NCBI GenBank assembly: GCA_015680685.1
Contig: MNCI01002249.1
Coordinates: 1 to 64,000, forward strand
Length of the DNA: 64,000 nt
Direction: 5' to 3'
From: Gnetum montanum
Lineage: Eukaryota; Plantae; Gnetophyta
The notes below the pieces were generated by a model. That model was not told the origin of the DNA and ran no database searches. It saw only the letters and a program-made list of their open reading frames with translations. Position numbers and translations under genes: made by a program. The number at the start of each line of letters is the position of its first letter. Positions within the stretch are counted from its first letter, which is position 1. Shown piece by piece: positions 52,771 to 64,000 of this stretch.

Positions 52771-53735
52771 AGCATCAACTCTTTCTCGGCAATCATGGGA
52801 AAGGCCGTCAAATTAGCACATACTTGACGTTAACTACTGTAAACCACCGTAAAATTATCGCTGTAGCCACGTAAATTTTGTCGATAGTGACTGAAAGGTG
52901 TTAAGTGAGATTTGCACGCTAATTTTGACAACCTGTGCATCATCTTTGATATTCCACCATCATCTTTGATATTCCATGGTGGCATTAGCGGCGTAGTTTT
53001 CACACTTGTCTCAGTGGACGAGGACGAGTAGCTAGATGAAAAATAAAACAAAGCAAACGACATGGAAGAAATTTGTTACATACCCTCGGGTCTGAGTGAT
53101 TAAGGAACAGAGATTCATTTTGAATTCCAGAACAGCGCAGCAAGTACGGAAAGAAAGCAATTAAGGTGAAAAGCTTAAAACCCTTTCCAAGTGTCATAAA
53201 ATCAGAGATATTATTAAAATTTAATAACATTCAGCATAGATATGGTACTATAGACATGAGTATAATGGCTGCAGCTTCAACTCTTTCTTGGCAATTATGG
53301 GAAAGGCAGTCAAATTAGCACATAAATTAGCACATACTTGACGTTAACTTCTGTGAAAGACCGTAACATTTTGCCGGCAGTGACCGAAAGGTGTTAAGCT
53401 GTGAAGTCTGAGATTCGCAGCTAATTTTGACAACCTGTGCATCATCTTTGATATTCCTTGGTAGCATAAGCAGCGTAGTTTTCCCACTTGTCTCAGTGGA
53501 CGAGCACGAGTAGGTAGATGAAAAAGAAAACACATCGAACGACATGAAAGAAATTTGTCACATACGCTTGGGTCCAAGTGATTAAGGAATAAAGATTCGT
53601 TTTGAATTCCAGAACCATCCAGCAAGTACACAAAGAAAGTAATTATGGCAAAAAGCTTAAAAGCCTTTCCAAGTGTCATAAAATGAGAGATGATAATATT
53701 AAAATATAATAACAACATTTAGTGTAGATATGGTA
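52771..53735. repeat. Tandem duplication of a ~500-bp unit (52771-53250; 53273-53735); third partial copy at 1076-1278
   Basis: Both units start CAACTCTTTCTYGGCAAT; ORF-track peptides 1073-1255, 53000-53230 and 53344-53718 are mutually similar. Confidence 0.9.
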
Positions 53736-54149
53736 TTATTGGTTAATAAAGAAGATCATTATTTGGAGGTTCAATGTTCATTTCTTCCAAGGTCTTATGA
53801 GGATGGCAAATGAGCAAAAGCGTAACCTCTTTGATTCATTGTACCTAGACTCATATTCCAACACTGACACTCAAACCCACATCTTTTGAACTAAAAAATA
53901 AACACCTTACCATCACTCCAAAAGATTTTGAATAGAAAGAGGAAAAAAGATTTTGAATAATTAATTTTTGATCTTGAGTACTTATTTCAAGTTGACAATA
54001 GTTTGCATAAGGTTTTTCCATACATTTTTTGGAAGGATGGCATATCTTATTTTCCTTTTAATTCTAAAGTTGCATACTGTATTATTACCAAAAATGATTT
54101 TAGTCCTAGCAAATTTAATAAAGCCTAAAATATGCAATTATCTTCTCAC

Positions 54150-54600
54150 TTTTGGATGAGGAACATCGAAGATATTTTGGAAAGCTCCTACCTTTCCAAA
54201 AATTTGTACCTTATAAAGGTGTCTTGGTATTTTATTCATTAAAGTCTTCTTACAAATACTAGTGTTCAATGCATGGGAATTTTTTGTCCTCAATATCCTC
54301 TTCGTTGAAGTAAAGACTCATTTTCCTAGATGTGTGTTTTTTTTAAGTATCTAGTTAAATATCATGCATGGAATTGGATATTTAGAATTTCTAACTCTCA
54401 ACCAAATAGTACTAATTTTATTCTTGGTGATCAACCTACTTTGTCTACTTTCTCCCTTTGCATTTGGAAGTATCTTAGGCCACTTGTTTTCTATTTAGCT
54501 TGGAAGCCTCAATGTGCAGGTATTTTCCATGAGTAAGAGCATAACTATGACATTTTTCTCAAGAGTTAAATATCATATTCTCAAAGATATGGCTTTTAGT
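54150..54600 (+). mobile_element. L1-type LINE ORF2 C-terminal relic (zf-RVT region); paralogous pieces at ~11545-11576 and 40869-41280
   Basis: Decayed IFWKAPTFPKICT...CP...EVKTHF..C...LAWKPQCAGIF resembles the WK-xx-PPK / CCHC / IWKxRNxxIF signature of plant L1 ORF2. Confidence 0.55.
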
Positions 54601-54878
54601 TACACTTTCAAGAAAAAAAAACTTTAAGTCAATTAATTTATCTTCTACAATATTAATTTCTTTTGGTTTTGGAGGCTCAAGTTGAAATGTTTTCACCTTG
54701 TGTTACTAATTGTTCATTAATTTTGTTTGGCATTTTCTTTTGGTCTTAGAAAGAGTTTGCTCCATTTTACAAGAAACTTTCTAGTAAGAAGTGAAAATTT
54801 GTGAGGATATTTCTTCTCAACAAGGATAAGGCTACATCCACTTCTACTTCTAAGGAAAAATTTTTCAAGATTGGTTGT

Positions 54879-55703
54879 TGATAAATCATGCGATGGGCTA
54901 CATCAATAAGCTTGCATTGATGCATCCCTATCAACACAATATCTATCTTTACCTATATAAATGTACATACGTACCACATTTATGGCATCATTAAGTCAAT
55001 AGAGTAGCCAAGTTCTTGTAGTTTTCTTCCGTTAGAGATAAAATATTTTCTAAGTACCCATAGTAGGACTTCAAGGATTGTACAGATCCTTATTAAAAAA
55101 TTAATGTACTTGAACACTTTGATGTGCTAGCAATAAAAATGAGATTCTTGAAACTCCTTGCAGCATCAAGAATATATTAATGTTTACTTTTATGCATCTT
55201 ATTATTCATGCACCTTACATTCATGTTCGTAGTTAATTAATACGCTTAATAATTACACATAAGTACAAGTGCCTCAAACATACCGTTAATGCTTCATAAT
55301 CCTAGCGGTGTTATCACTTGATTTACCTAATAGCCTAACACTTAGTAACTCACTTGTGTTTCTAATAAGTTCAAAATGTGCATAGAAGGTGGGCCTGGAT
55401 GCTTATGTTAGGATAACTAAATTAAGGCATTAGATAGTTAATTAGTTAATTCACAATTAATTACTTTTGTTCCACAATTAAAATATAAAAAATATAAAAT
55501 CAATAAAATCATGTGCCTTGGTTTACACTTACCCATACCCTTGCACTTACACAAGTGAAGCCATGAAAACAACAATCACATTTTTAAGTTCCTACTTTGC
55601 CTATTGTGCATTTAGGAGCTAAAGTCCACGGAATTCAATCAGATCGCTAGTGCAATGCTTGTGATTCATATGGTTAGACATAGGGACTACTCGTTGCTCA
55701 TTA
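54879..55703 (+). mobile_element. Athila-type solo LTR (825 bp), B family
   Basis: TGATAAA...CTCATTA; perfect TSD GTTGT (54874-54878/55704-55708); homologous to 41562-42061 and more distantly to A's LTRs; no PBS after it. Confidence 0.9.
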
Positions 55704-56477
55704 GTTGTAAAGAAAACTTGACAAGATATCCTAAATCTATTAGAATTTTTTTATATATTATTAATGTAATGCAGTCTAAAATTTTTTAAATTATTATTAT
55801 TTTTAAAGTTTGGTCACTCTATGATGATCCCTATAATTGCTTTTTAAAAAGTCAAGTTTACAATAAGTTCGATAATTTGATGTTTGGTGGTTACAACTGA
55901 CTTCAAATTTTGAATATGACTTTGTTTCACGCATTTGGACTTAAAAGAATCGGTGGTTGAAATTAAGGAAAATCATGAAAATAAAGTGCAAGAAATTCTA
56001 ACGGGCCGGTGCTTCAGCCGTGTAGGGCACGTCTAAAATGCACGGACCTTTCAGAGTCATGTAACCTAATTATGCGTCGTTCTCACGTCTCACTATTCCT
56101 GTGTTTGACACATTGTTATTGTGTATGAATGTTGTACGTCACAGAATCTACACTATTGCGAGACGCTTGACAAGCTTCCCAACAATTGAATGCGACATTG
56201 GGACCCCTGCGGCCTCTGCTTCAAGAAAAATGGAACCTTAGAACTACTATTGCCTCGGCTGATCGCTGCTCCCGCTCCATCCGCTCAACCATTACACTGT
56301 ACGTGCATCAAATCAAAGAAACTGAAAAGTGAAAATAAAATTGGTGTAAAAGAACACACAAACAATGTCCACCATAGCGCGGTCCAAAACAGTAGCAGTA
56401 AATTTATCAAAACAAGGTTTGTTGGTCTGCCGTTTTTAACCACAGCTTCAAACAGCCAGGATGGATTCAACGTTCCC

Positions 56478-56484
56478 TATAAAT
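56478..56484 (+). promoter_or_regulatory. Putative TATA box of the MYB gene
   Basis: CCCTATAAATT ~130 bp upstream of the ATG in a CpG-retaining region. Confidence 0.5.
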
Positions 56485-56610
56485 TAATCACAAAGCCACT
56501 TTACGTGGATGGTATAATGCCATAGATTCAGCTTTCAAAAACCGCAGTTCTTGGTGGTGGCTGGCATTTAATCCTTACAAATCAAATCAATTTGAGGAAG
56601 GGAATCGAGC

Positions 56611-58678
56611 ATGGTCTGCCAGAGCTGCTGCAGAAATAAAAGGAGTGTCAGAAAAGGCAGGTGGAGCCCCGAGGAGGACATGAAACTCAGATCCTACATT
56701 ACCAGATATGGAGTTATTTGTTGGAGCATGATGCCCTCCTTGGCAGGTAATTAATACTACCTGCCTTTTTCGCGTTAATTGCTTTGCAGCCATGGCTTTT
56801 GTTTTGTTTCTGGCTTTGGCTTTTTGTTGATACGATCGATTTTAGTTCATTGGTCACACAACTTTTAGACTTCGCTGCGGCAGGTTTGGACCGATGTGGC
56901 AAAAGTTGCAGGCTTAGATGGCTCAATCACCTTAGACCGGGCATCAAAACCCACACCTTTTCTTCCGCAGAAATCGACCTCATTTTCCGTATGCACTCCA
57001 TCGTGGGCAATAGGTGTGCCTCTGTTTCTCTTGTTCTCTGCTTTGCTTCTTCCTCAGGTGAAATTCAATTTCCACCTTCATGATTTGTAGAATTAGGTTT
57101 CTGTTATGCTTTACAGGATTTGGATTGTTGAAGCTTAGAGCAGTACGAATTCCCCAAGAATGAACCGTAAAAGTAGCTGCAACAATTTTTGAGAACTGTA
57201 AAGGAATCATGAAAAGATATAATATAATTCTAAGTTCCTAAACGATGCTACTATTTTGAAAAGTAAAAATGACGAACAAACGGCTTTAGATCATTGTTGC
57301 TGTGTGCTGAAAATGTATACATACCGTTTGTTTAAAGAGTAAAACATGTAACAGAAGATGAATGACTTAACAATCAAGATATTACCGTTAGTTCTTTGAT
57401 ATTACTAATTTTGAGGAAGAAGCTATCATCTAGAGTATACGCAAAACACTTGGACTTTGCGAATCACTAGTTTTTCAGAAAATAAACTTAGACTGTGGTG
57501 TGGAAATGACCTGCAGAAAATCAGATGTTCAGCCCTTTGACCCTCTCAAATTCTAACCTGCCTTGTGTCGCTGAGTCTCAGCCAAGTTCTAACCTGCGAC
57601 CCTCTCAAATTCAACCCGCCTTGTGAATCACTGAGTCTCAGCCAAATTTTAACCTGCGACCCTCTCAAATTCTAACCTGCCTGTTGACTCGCTGAGTCTG
57701 GGCCAAGAGAAAAAACTAGCGACTCTGCAAGTACTGACGGAAACTGTGCGAGTTACAGTAATTGCAACGAAACGTGATGATACTTTCCCAACTCGTTTTC
57801 CCCCTCTGGATATTCGATCTGATCCTTGTTGACTTTAATGGGCGCTTGGATAACAGAACGATGACTTTTTGGACACAAAAATTGTCATCTTTCTGTTTTT
57901 TAATCACCTTGCTGTTTGTTCCATTTCATGTTTTCCATTTCCAGTTGTCACTAGAAACTGAGAAGAGGCATGTATCAAATTCAAATATGACTCATGGTAA
58001 TATTCAATTAGGGTATTTTGATAGCGATAACTTCGTATTCTGGTTTTTTTTTTCATATATTGTAAAATGGCTTTCAGATGATTCTACCAAGAAGCTTTTC
58101 CTCTTTAGACTTCTCATGTACTGGTAAGCTAATCCAGCCACTTAATGCAAAACTGAAAAGGTTTATCCTGCTTACAAAACACGTCTCAGAGCCAAGGGAT
58201 AACATCCAACCAGGTCCACAGTTCATAATAACCTTATAACTGCACATGCATATTAAATGTTTTTCTGTGATACAGGTGGTGTGAGATTGCCAAACAATTA
58301 CCCGGAAGAACAGACAACCATGTCAAGAATTTCTGGAATTGTTACTTGAATCCCAGACGCAGACTGCAGGCGCCGCGCAGTGGCCATCAACATACTCCAC
58401 AGCAGCAGCAACACCGTTTTTCTTTGCCGCACAGCCATGACAACCATGTTGCGGTAGAAGCACCTGCAGCAAAAATATTCCATGAAAATGATAGTGCAGT
58501 TAATGGAGACGGAATTCTAGAGTTGGTGGAAAGTTGCCGCCACCACCAACAACAGCAAGAACAACAATTAGATTTCTGGGCTGACGATGCGCACTGGAAT
58601 TTCCAGTGGATGAACGATAACATGTCCATTCTATCGAGTCTGTGGGACTGCACCGACATTAACATTGCATTACCATGA
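56611..58678 (+). CDS. R2R3-MYB transcription factor, 222 aa; exons 56611-56746, 56884-57013, 58276-58678
   Basis: [26 protein letters not shown]...AG|[18 protein letters not shown]...GNR|[21 protein letters not shown]. Canonical plant R2R3-MYB intron positions with a 130-nt exon 2, GT-AG junctions, open frame, Gln-rich and acidic/aromatic C-terminus. Confidence 0.96.
57539..57707. repeat. Three ~60-bp tandem units in MYB intron 2
   Basis: GACCCTCTCAAATTCTAACCTGCC...CTGAGTCTCAGCCAA repeated. Confidence 0.9.
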
Positions 58679-60439
58679 CATCAGCGCACGGTATTCACAT
58701 GTCATATCAGTATCATCTTGTGGTCAGAGCTAAAATAATCCACTATTCTAAATTTCTAATTACGCCTTCCTATGTGGCTTATTTTGTACATAGTACGTGT
58801 ATAAACATTTCATCTAAGAATCAGTAGGGTAGGCTTCTTGTAACTTAGCACCTGCATTTGAATATGAGTTGTTACTCTATGCAGTGAGTCTCAGATCCAT
58901 TTGGTGATATATTTTGGTCACACAGAAACACTCACAAAACTGGTTTTAAGATACTATTGTCTAGGGTGGGTACAGAAATCCTAGGATGGGTACAGAAATC
59001 CAAGATTAGTCAAGGGCAATGTGGTGTTTTAATATATAAAAGTTAAATAACTTTGACAATGAAATTTGAATAAAATAACTGCCCAAATCAATAACTTGAC
59101 AAGGAAATTTTAAATGAAATAACTGTTCACTAAAATAGTTCAGAATGAGAATACAAGATAATAACTTAAAAAGGAAAATGACATGGACCTTGAATACAAA
59201 CAAAGAGGTTTGTTATTAAAAGTGTTTCTTTTAAAAAGAGAATGACTAACACAAAATAGAGAGAGATTAAATCACTGTTGAGAAATCTCTCAGCTGTTGA
59301 AATAACAAATAAAAGTCTTAACAAAAACTGAGCTCAATCTGGTTGGCTAAACAGATATAGCCTTTTGTGCAAGCTTGTTTGCCATGCCTCTAGAAAGCAC
59401 ACCACCTTCGACAAATCTGCACCTTTCAACTTTTGGATCCATTCACAGCCCCTCACCCAATTCCTTCTAGAAGTACCTCCAATACTACTTCCCAAATGAG
59501 ATACTTCCCAAATGAGATCAGAGAGAATTCTTGGGACCTCCTTGGCCAGGCTGAATCCCCCAAAAGACCCTCCTTGGCCAGGCTGAATCCCACAGAAGAC
59601 CCTCCCTTTCCTTCAGACTGTGGGGAGGGTTTTATCAAGCCTCAACTTCTGCCTCTTCGCCTCCCTCCGAACCTGCACGCTAAACCAGAAAAGTGAAAGC
59701 CAAAACACCATGAAAAACAAAACAAAACAGAGAATATTAAACATTTTCATTATTATTATTATTATTTGAAAGGAAGTATCCAAATGTCTACAGCAGCAGT
59801 GGACTACTGGATGCTAACCATACTCTCCGGTCATTAGGAAACTTAAAACAAGTTAAAGAACGAAATGATATGGAATCTTCAAAAGATCAGTTTGGACTTT
59901 TCCTGCATATAAGCACTGAATTTCAGCTGCCATACCAGCGTCTGGAAATTCACGGCAGACGAGCCCTGGCTCATCCTCCTCGTGACCCATCATTGCCTGC
60001 CGCCGCTTATTGCTGAAAACCCAGTACCATGGCTGCGCCGATGAAACCCCCGCTACCAGTCGCTTGCAGCAGCATGTGCCTGCTGCTCTCCGCCTTGGAA
60101 CTCAGCTGCTTCTGGGCAGCACCGGCTGCACCGTCTACTTCCCTCCACCGTCGATCGTCGCCCGCGGTGCCTGCAGCAACCCCAGGGGGCTGCTGCTACG
60201 CTCATCTCCTGTGGTTGCAGCAGGAGCGGCGTCCACGGACTTGAGGCCCACCGGCAGGTTCTCAGCCACAGGCGTGGCTGCACAGTGCCCGCCTTCAGCG
60301 CCGTAAATTGTCTGATAGCAGCATGCTGTGCCTCCAACGTAGCAGCACTACTACGTACAGCTCCGCAGCCGTAAATCCCACTACAATCTGCTATCTCGCC
60401 GCTAAATCACGGTGCAAAATCATCCATGTCTAGTGAATA

Positions 60440-61600
60440 TTATGGAGTGACCAACGCCTCCAGAAATCACTGCACAACTTTTTCAAGATATTGCGAGCCG
60501 TGAACATTCCGAAACCCTCAGGCATCCATCTCAATTCTCTGCACATCGAACGAAGGATTTATAGACACTGTAGCTGCCCAAAGCGCTCAGGAAGCTCATC
60601 CAATCCGTGGCACATAATACTGAGCCCTCTTACATTTGAAAGAAGACCCAACTCGGCCGGCGGTACTAACATTCCCTCTTCCACTCAATGCAAATCCAAA
60701 GTCAATGCTCTTAAGCTTCTCAACTTTGCCGCGATTTCCCTGGCAGGGCTGCTTAATGCTGTTGGCATGGATTTAGAAAACAGATACAAATGTGTTGGGA
60801 AAAAGATTGCGCAACACCACGACTTTTTCCACTGCTGTGTTAACAACAGCAGGATATAAACTAATAATAGAGTAGGCAGTGAAATAAAGTGCAAAATAAT
60901 AACACCCAATAACACAGGGATTCATGTGGTTCACCTTTCCTGAGGCAAACTCCAAAAAATCTTCTCTCACTGATAAATATATAAATATAGTAGAAATACA
61001 AAAATGTCTCTCTGGTCAATTACTAGAGGTATACAAAATTGATACACACCCTCAAAATAAATATTCTTGGAATCTCACGGCCCTTTATGAAAAATTCCTA
61101 GAAACCCAAGCTCACAAGGCTTATTTGTGTGTCTCTCCCTGTGGCCTCTCTTTTTCTTCAGCCATTGGTTTTTCATCTGCTCCTGCACCCATTTGCCATT
61201 TCCCTTAGATTATAGTCAAGGAAAATGCCCTGTCCTGCCTAACTTAGGTGGCCTTTGTTGAATGCAGTCTACCTTACCAACCAACCTGGCAGCTAATATT
61301 TTAGCTGCCTAACTTAGGAAACTTGGGCGGCTAATTTTGGTTGGCTTAGCAGGAAGCCTTCCTTCCCCTCCTTTTTATTTATTTATATTAATGTGATGTG
61401 GACTTCATGTTGGAGGGACCAACACATCAAAATGCCTCAAAGATTGTTGCCACTTGACTTGGTCCAGTTCTAAGATCAGAAATCTGATTGCAAGGTGCCA
61501 TGTGCAGCAGAAACTGCAACTGCCGTCCATGAACAATCAGATTTTCAAAAGCAACAGAAGCAGCTGAAGACGGCGGCAGAGAGAGGGATTTGCCGGAGTT
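60440..61600 (-). pseudogene. LRR-encoding pseudogene fragment (NLR-type LRRs) interrupted by a solo LTR; true extent uncertain
   Basis: With the LTR removed: QSLRHLYLFSKSM...LRSLRALTLDLH*...PAELGLLSNVRGLSIMCHGLDELPERFGQLQCL*ILRSMCRELRWMPEGFG. Confidence 0.75.
60793..61429 (-). mobile_element. Ty1/Copia-like solo LTR (637 bp)
   Basis: Minus strand TGATGTGTTGG...TTCCCAACA; perfect TSD AAATG (60788-60792/61430-61434); no PBS or internal region. The Copia assignment rests on terminal resemblance only. Confidence 0.85.
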
Positions 61601-62968
61601 GGAGAAGACGGAGAAGAAAAGGAAGAAGTCAAGCATTGCAATTTCTCGTTGCTTGAAGAGCAACATGTCCTCAGAGCCGGCCACCCAATCTGTAACCCCC
61701 TCTACGCACACGCAGAACCTCGCCCTGCTCATCATCTGCGCCTCTGATGAAACCCTCGCGCCTCACCTTGCCGCTTGTGATTTCTTATGCTGCAACTTGT
61801 GTTGCCTGGTTTCTGTGAATACTCCATGCGTGCCACCTTTTTCCTCGGAGTTGCAGAGGAGTCTACTGATCCAGTTAATTGCATAAAGAAGGGTGTCAGT
61901 GGATATGGAGTTATGGACACTGATTCATTTATATAGAAAGACATTGATGCGGATATGCAATACCAATAAAGTATGAACGCCAGGACAACACAATCGCATT
62001 GATCGGGAAACTTTGATTGGGGAGACAGTAAAGACACACAATAATCACAACAATGATGGTGAGGGATGACATGAAACTCATTGATTGATTCTATGGCACG
62101 GAATGAATACAAGTTTCTGATGCGATTTGAGATATCCATTTATTTTTGTTTGAATACTGATTACCGGCACCCATGGCCGGACCGGACAGACGATAGATTG
62201 AAAAGTTTAATCAAGATGATCGTTGTAATAAATCAGGATAAAAAAATTTCTAAAAAGGATTTAAATTGGAAAAATAGGGAAATTGATTTTTTAAAGAATT
62301 TTGGCCAGGAGAATACTGTTCAATATATGACTTTAGGTGATGTACTAATTCCATCCCTCTTTGAAATAACGCAGATGGGCATCCATTGTTCCACTTCCAA
62401 TTATAGTACTAATGAAAGTTGCAGGTAGGAAATAGTTGCAGACTGCATAAAAGCTTTTGTGACTCTATTGTGACTTCTCTTTCAGAAGTAATCATATGGT
62501 CTGTGGGATTTGCTGATACAATGTTTTATGGATTACACTTCTTTCAGTGGAGTCTGACAGTGCTGCATGAGATTTAACGAATTGTGACACAACCTGAACT
62601 TTCGGTATTATGGCTTCTAGGTTTTTTTTAGCTATTTCATGCGACTATCTTGATTATTGCTGTCTACCCACAACCAGAAAAGTTGAGTTGCAAAACAGTT
62701 GTCTCGTTACCTTTAGCTAGCAAGGTCCTTGAATGGTTCGCGAAGGTAGTAAAGGATTTAGTGGTGATTTAACAAAATTAGCTATTTATAAAACATCATC
62801 TTATATTTTCAATCCTTTGATTTATGTAGGACACCATTACAAGTAATTCATATAGGTTGTAACCCATAGGATTTCTAAGTTTCATGAGACCTAAACTTTT
62901 AATCATGGCCTCGTGTCTAGCATAGGAAAGTTAGCATCAACACAATCTTGGATCCTGCACCAAAAAAT

Positions 62969-63044
62969 TTCATTTAAAATACATAAAACATAATCAGGAT
63001 TAAAGATTTCATTTAAAATACATAAAACATAATCAGGATTAAAG
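62969..63044. repeat. ~39-bp direct tandem duplication
   Basis: TTCATTTAAAATACATAAAACATAATCAGGATTAAAG twice. Confidence 0.85.
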
Positions 63045-63916
63045 GTTCACTATCAGATTATCGATTTTCACTAAGTTTTATTTAAGTTCACACTCAATAA
63101 AATTACTTTTAAAAAGCACATGCAGAATATGTAAGTTAGTGTTAATTAATCACCTTGGAAACTCGATAAGCTTTTATTTTTGAAGTGTTATTTGCTTTTC
63201 TTTTTTTCTCCATTTTTTTGGTGTTTGTTTATTTTAGGTATATTTTAAACTAATTCATGCTTGCTTATACCTACAATTTTTATGTTAACCTTAACATGAT
63301 TTTACCTTGATAGCTACCTTGGCCATCAATTTCCACCTTCATACAAAGTAGTATTATATGGTGTTGCATAAATCTTTTGTTGATCTTAACTCTTAAAAGT
63401 CCTTTGTGGTGCAATCCCATTTGAATGTCTAGGAGAAAGATGAGGAATAATCATTAATAGTATCTTAAGAATTAATGAACTTGAAGAGTAGAGCTAAAAA
63501 ATACTAACTCAATTTGCAATTTTAATTGAAAGCAATTAGATAAAACTCTTACTTTATCTTGAGGTTGTCTTAATCTCAAATTCAATGGAAGAAGTGCAAC
63601 AACTGGTTAATCCTCTTATGACTTTTGTCAATAAAAGTTAATGTGTAAAAAAACCTAAAATCATGATTTGTGGTACACTTAATAAAATATACAATTTTAC
63701 TATAGAAAATGAATATGTAAGCATAACTTCCTCTTATAAATATCTTGGCCTAGAAAGCCCTTGCAATTATATAAAGATGTCAAAGTCTACATAAGTAAAT
63801 CCTAGTTCATGCTCTTGAATCAATTTTCTTAAATTTCATTTACATATAGTACAACAACATTATATTAGAAAAGAATGAAATTTATGATATAACTAAAGAA
63901 TTTAGTATCATATGAG

Positions 63917-64000
63917 TCATCATTGTCATCTTCGTCATAGCCTTGTTCTAACAAAATAGGGTTAACTACATAAGTACTTTTTCGTCATTTGTCTCTATGA
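63917..64000 (-). mobile_element. 3' end of a second RTE-clade LINE (or derived SINE) running off the window
   Basis: Reverse complement TCATAGAGACAAATG...ATGTAGTTAACCCTATTTTGTTAGAACAAGGCTATGACGAAGATGA matches 51999-52090. Confidence 0.75.

Larger units (their letters stand above)
53536..55703. repeat. Intact copy of a duplicated segment; the other copy is split into 1076-1345, 11223-11576 and 40869-42061
   Basis: Colinear similarity across all three pieces, joining at the TSDs. Confidence 0.93.

Noticed and set aside
53344-53718. Repeated small ORF family (MLLN..FMTLGKAFKLF)
   Set aside because: Lengths and stops differ among the three copies and there is no recognisable domain; the similarity just reflects DNA duplication.
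53536-55703. Reading the whole duplicated segment as one giant LTR of B
   Set aside because: The perfect GTTGT TSD bounds an 825-bp LTR, and the upstream part is LINE-like or host DNA with no PPT.
59400-60790. Internal region of a Copia element next to the LTR at 60793
   Set aside because: The perfect TSD shows a solo LTR, and the flank translates as LRR rather than gag.

Overview
This is AT-rich, heavily C->T-decayed land-plant nuclear DNA. Positions 1-49.7 kb are a nest of Ty3/Gypsy LTR retrotransposons whose boundaries, target-site duplications (TSDs) and primer-binding sites (PBSs) can be read by eye. (E) is the end of a CpG-rich Tat-family LTR (1-1075). (A) is an Athila-type element (1346-11217). 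(C) is a pol-deleted Tat element on the minus strand (11577-40863). (D) is a full-size Tat element nested in C in the opposite orientation (13816-32572). (B) is an older, 3'-truncated Athila-type element (41562-~49750). E, A and C all sit in one copy of a locally duplicated segment; the other copy (53.5-55.7 kb) supplies their empty sites and carries B reduced to a solo LTR. The right end holds an intact three-exon R2R3-MYB gene (56611-58678), an LRR pseudogene split by a Copia solo LTR, and RTE/L1 LINE relics. The main finding is in element D. Between gag-protease and RT, D carries a decayed antisense gene of about 965 codons with 6-7 short spliceosomal introns whose phases join consistently, and with PMD/'plant transposon protein'-like motifs. 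It appears to lie inside an Ogre-like PR-RT intron. All alignments and translations were done by eye; no database searches were run.
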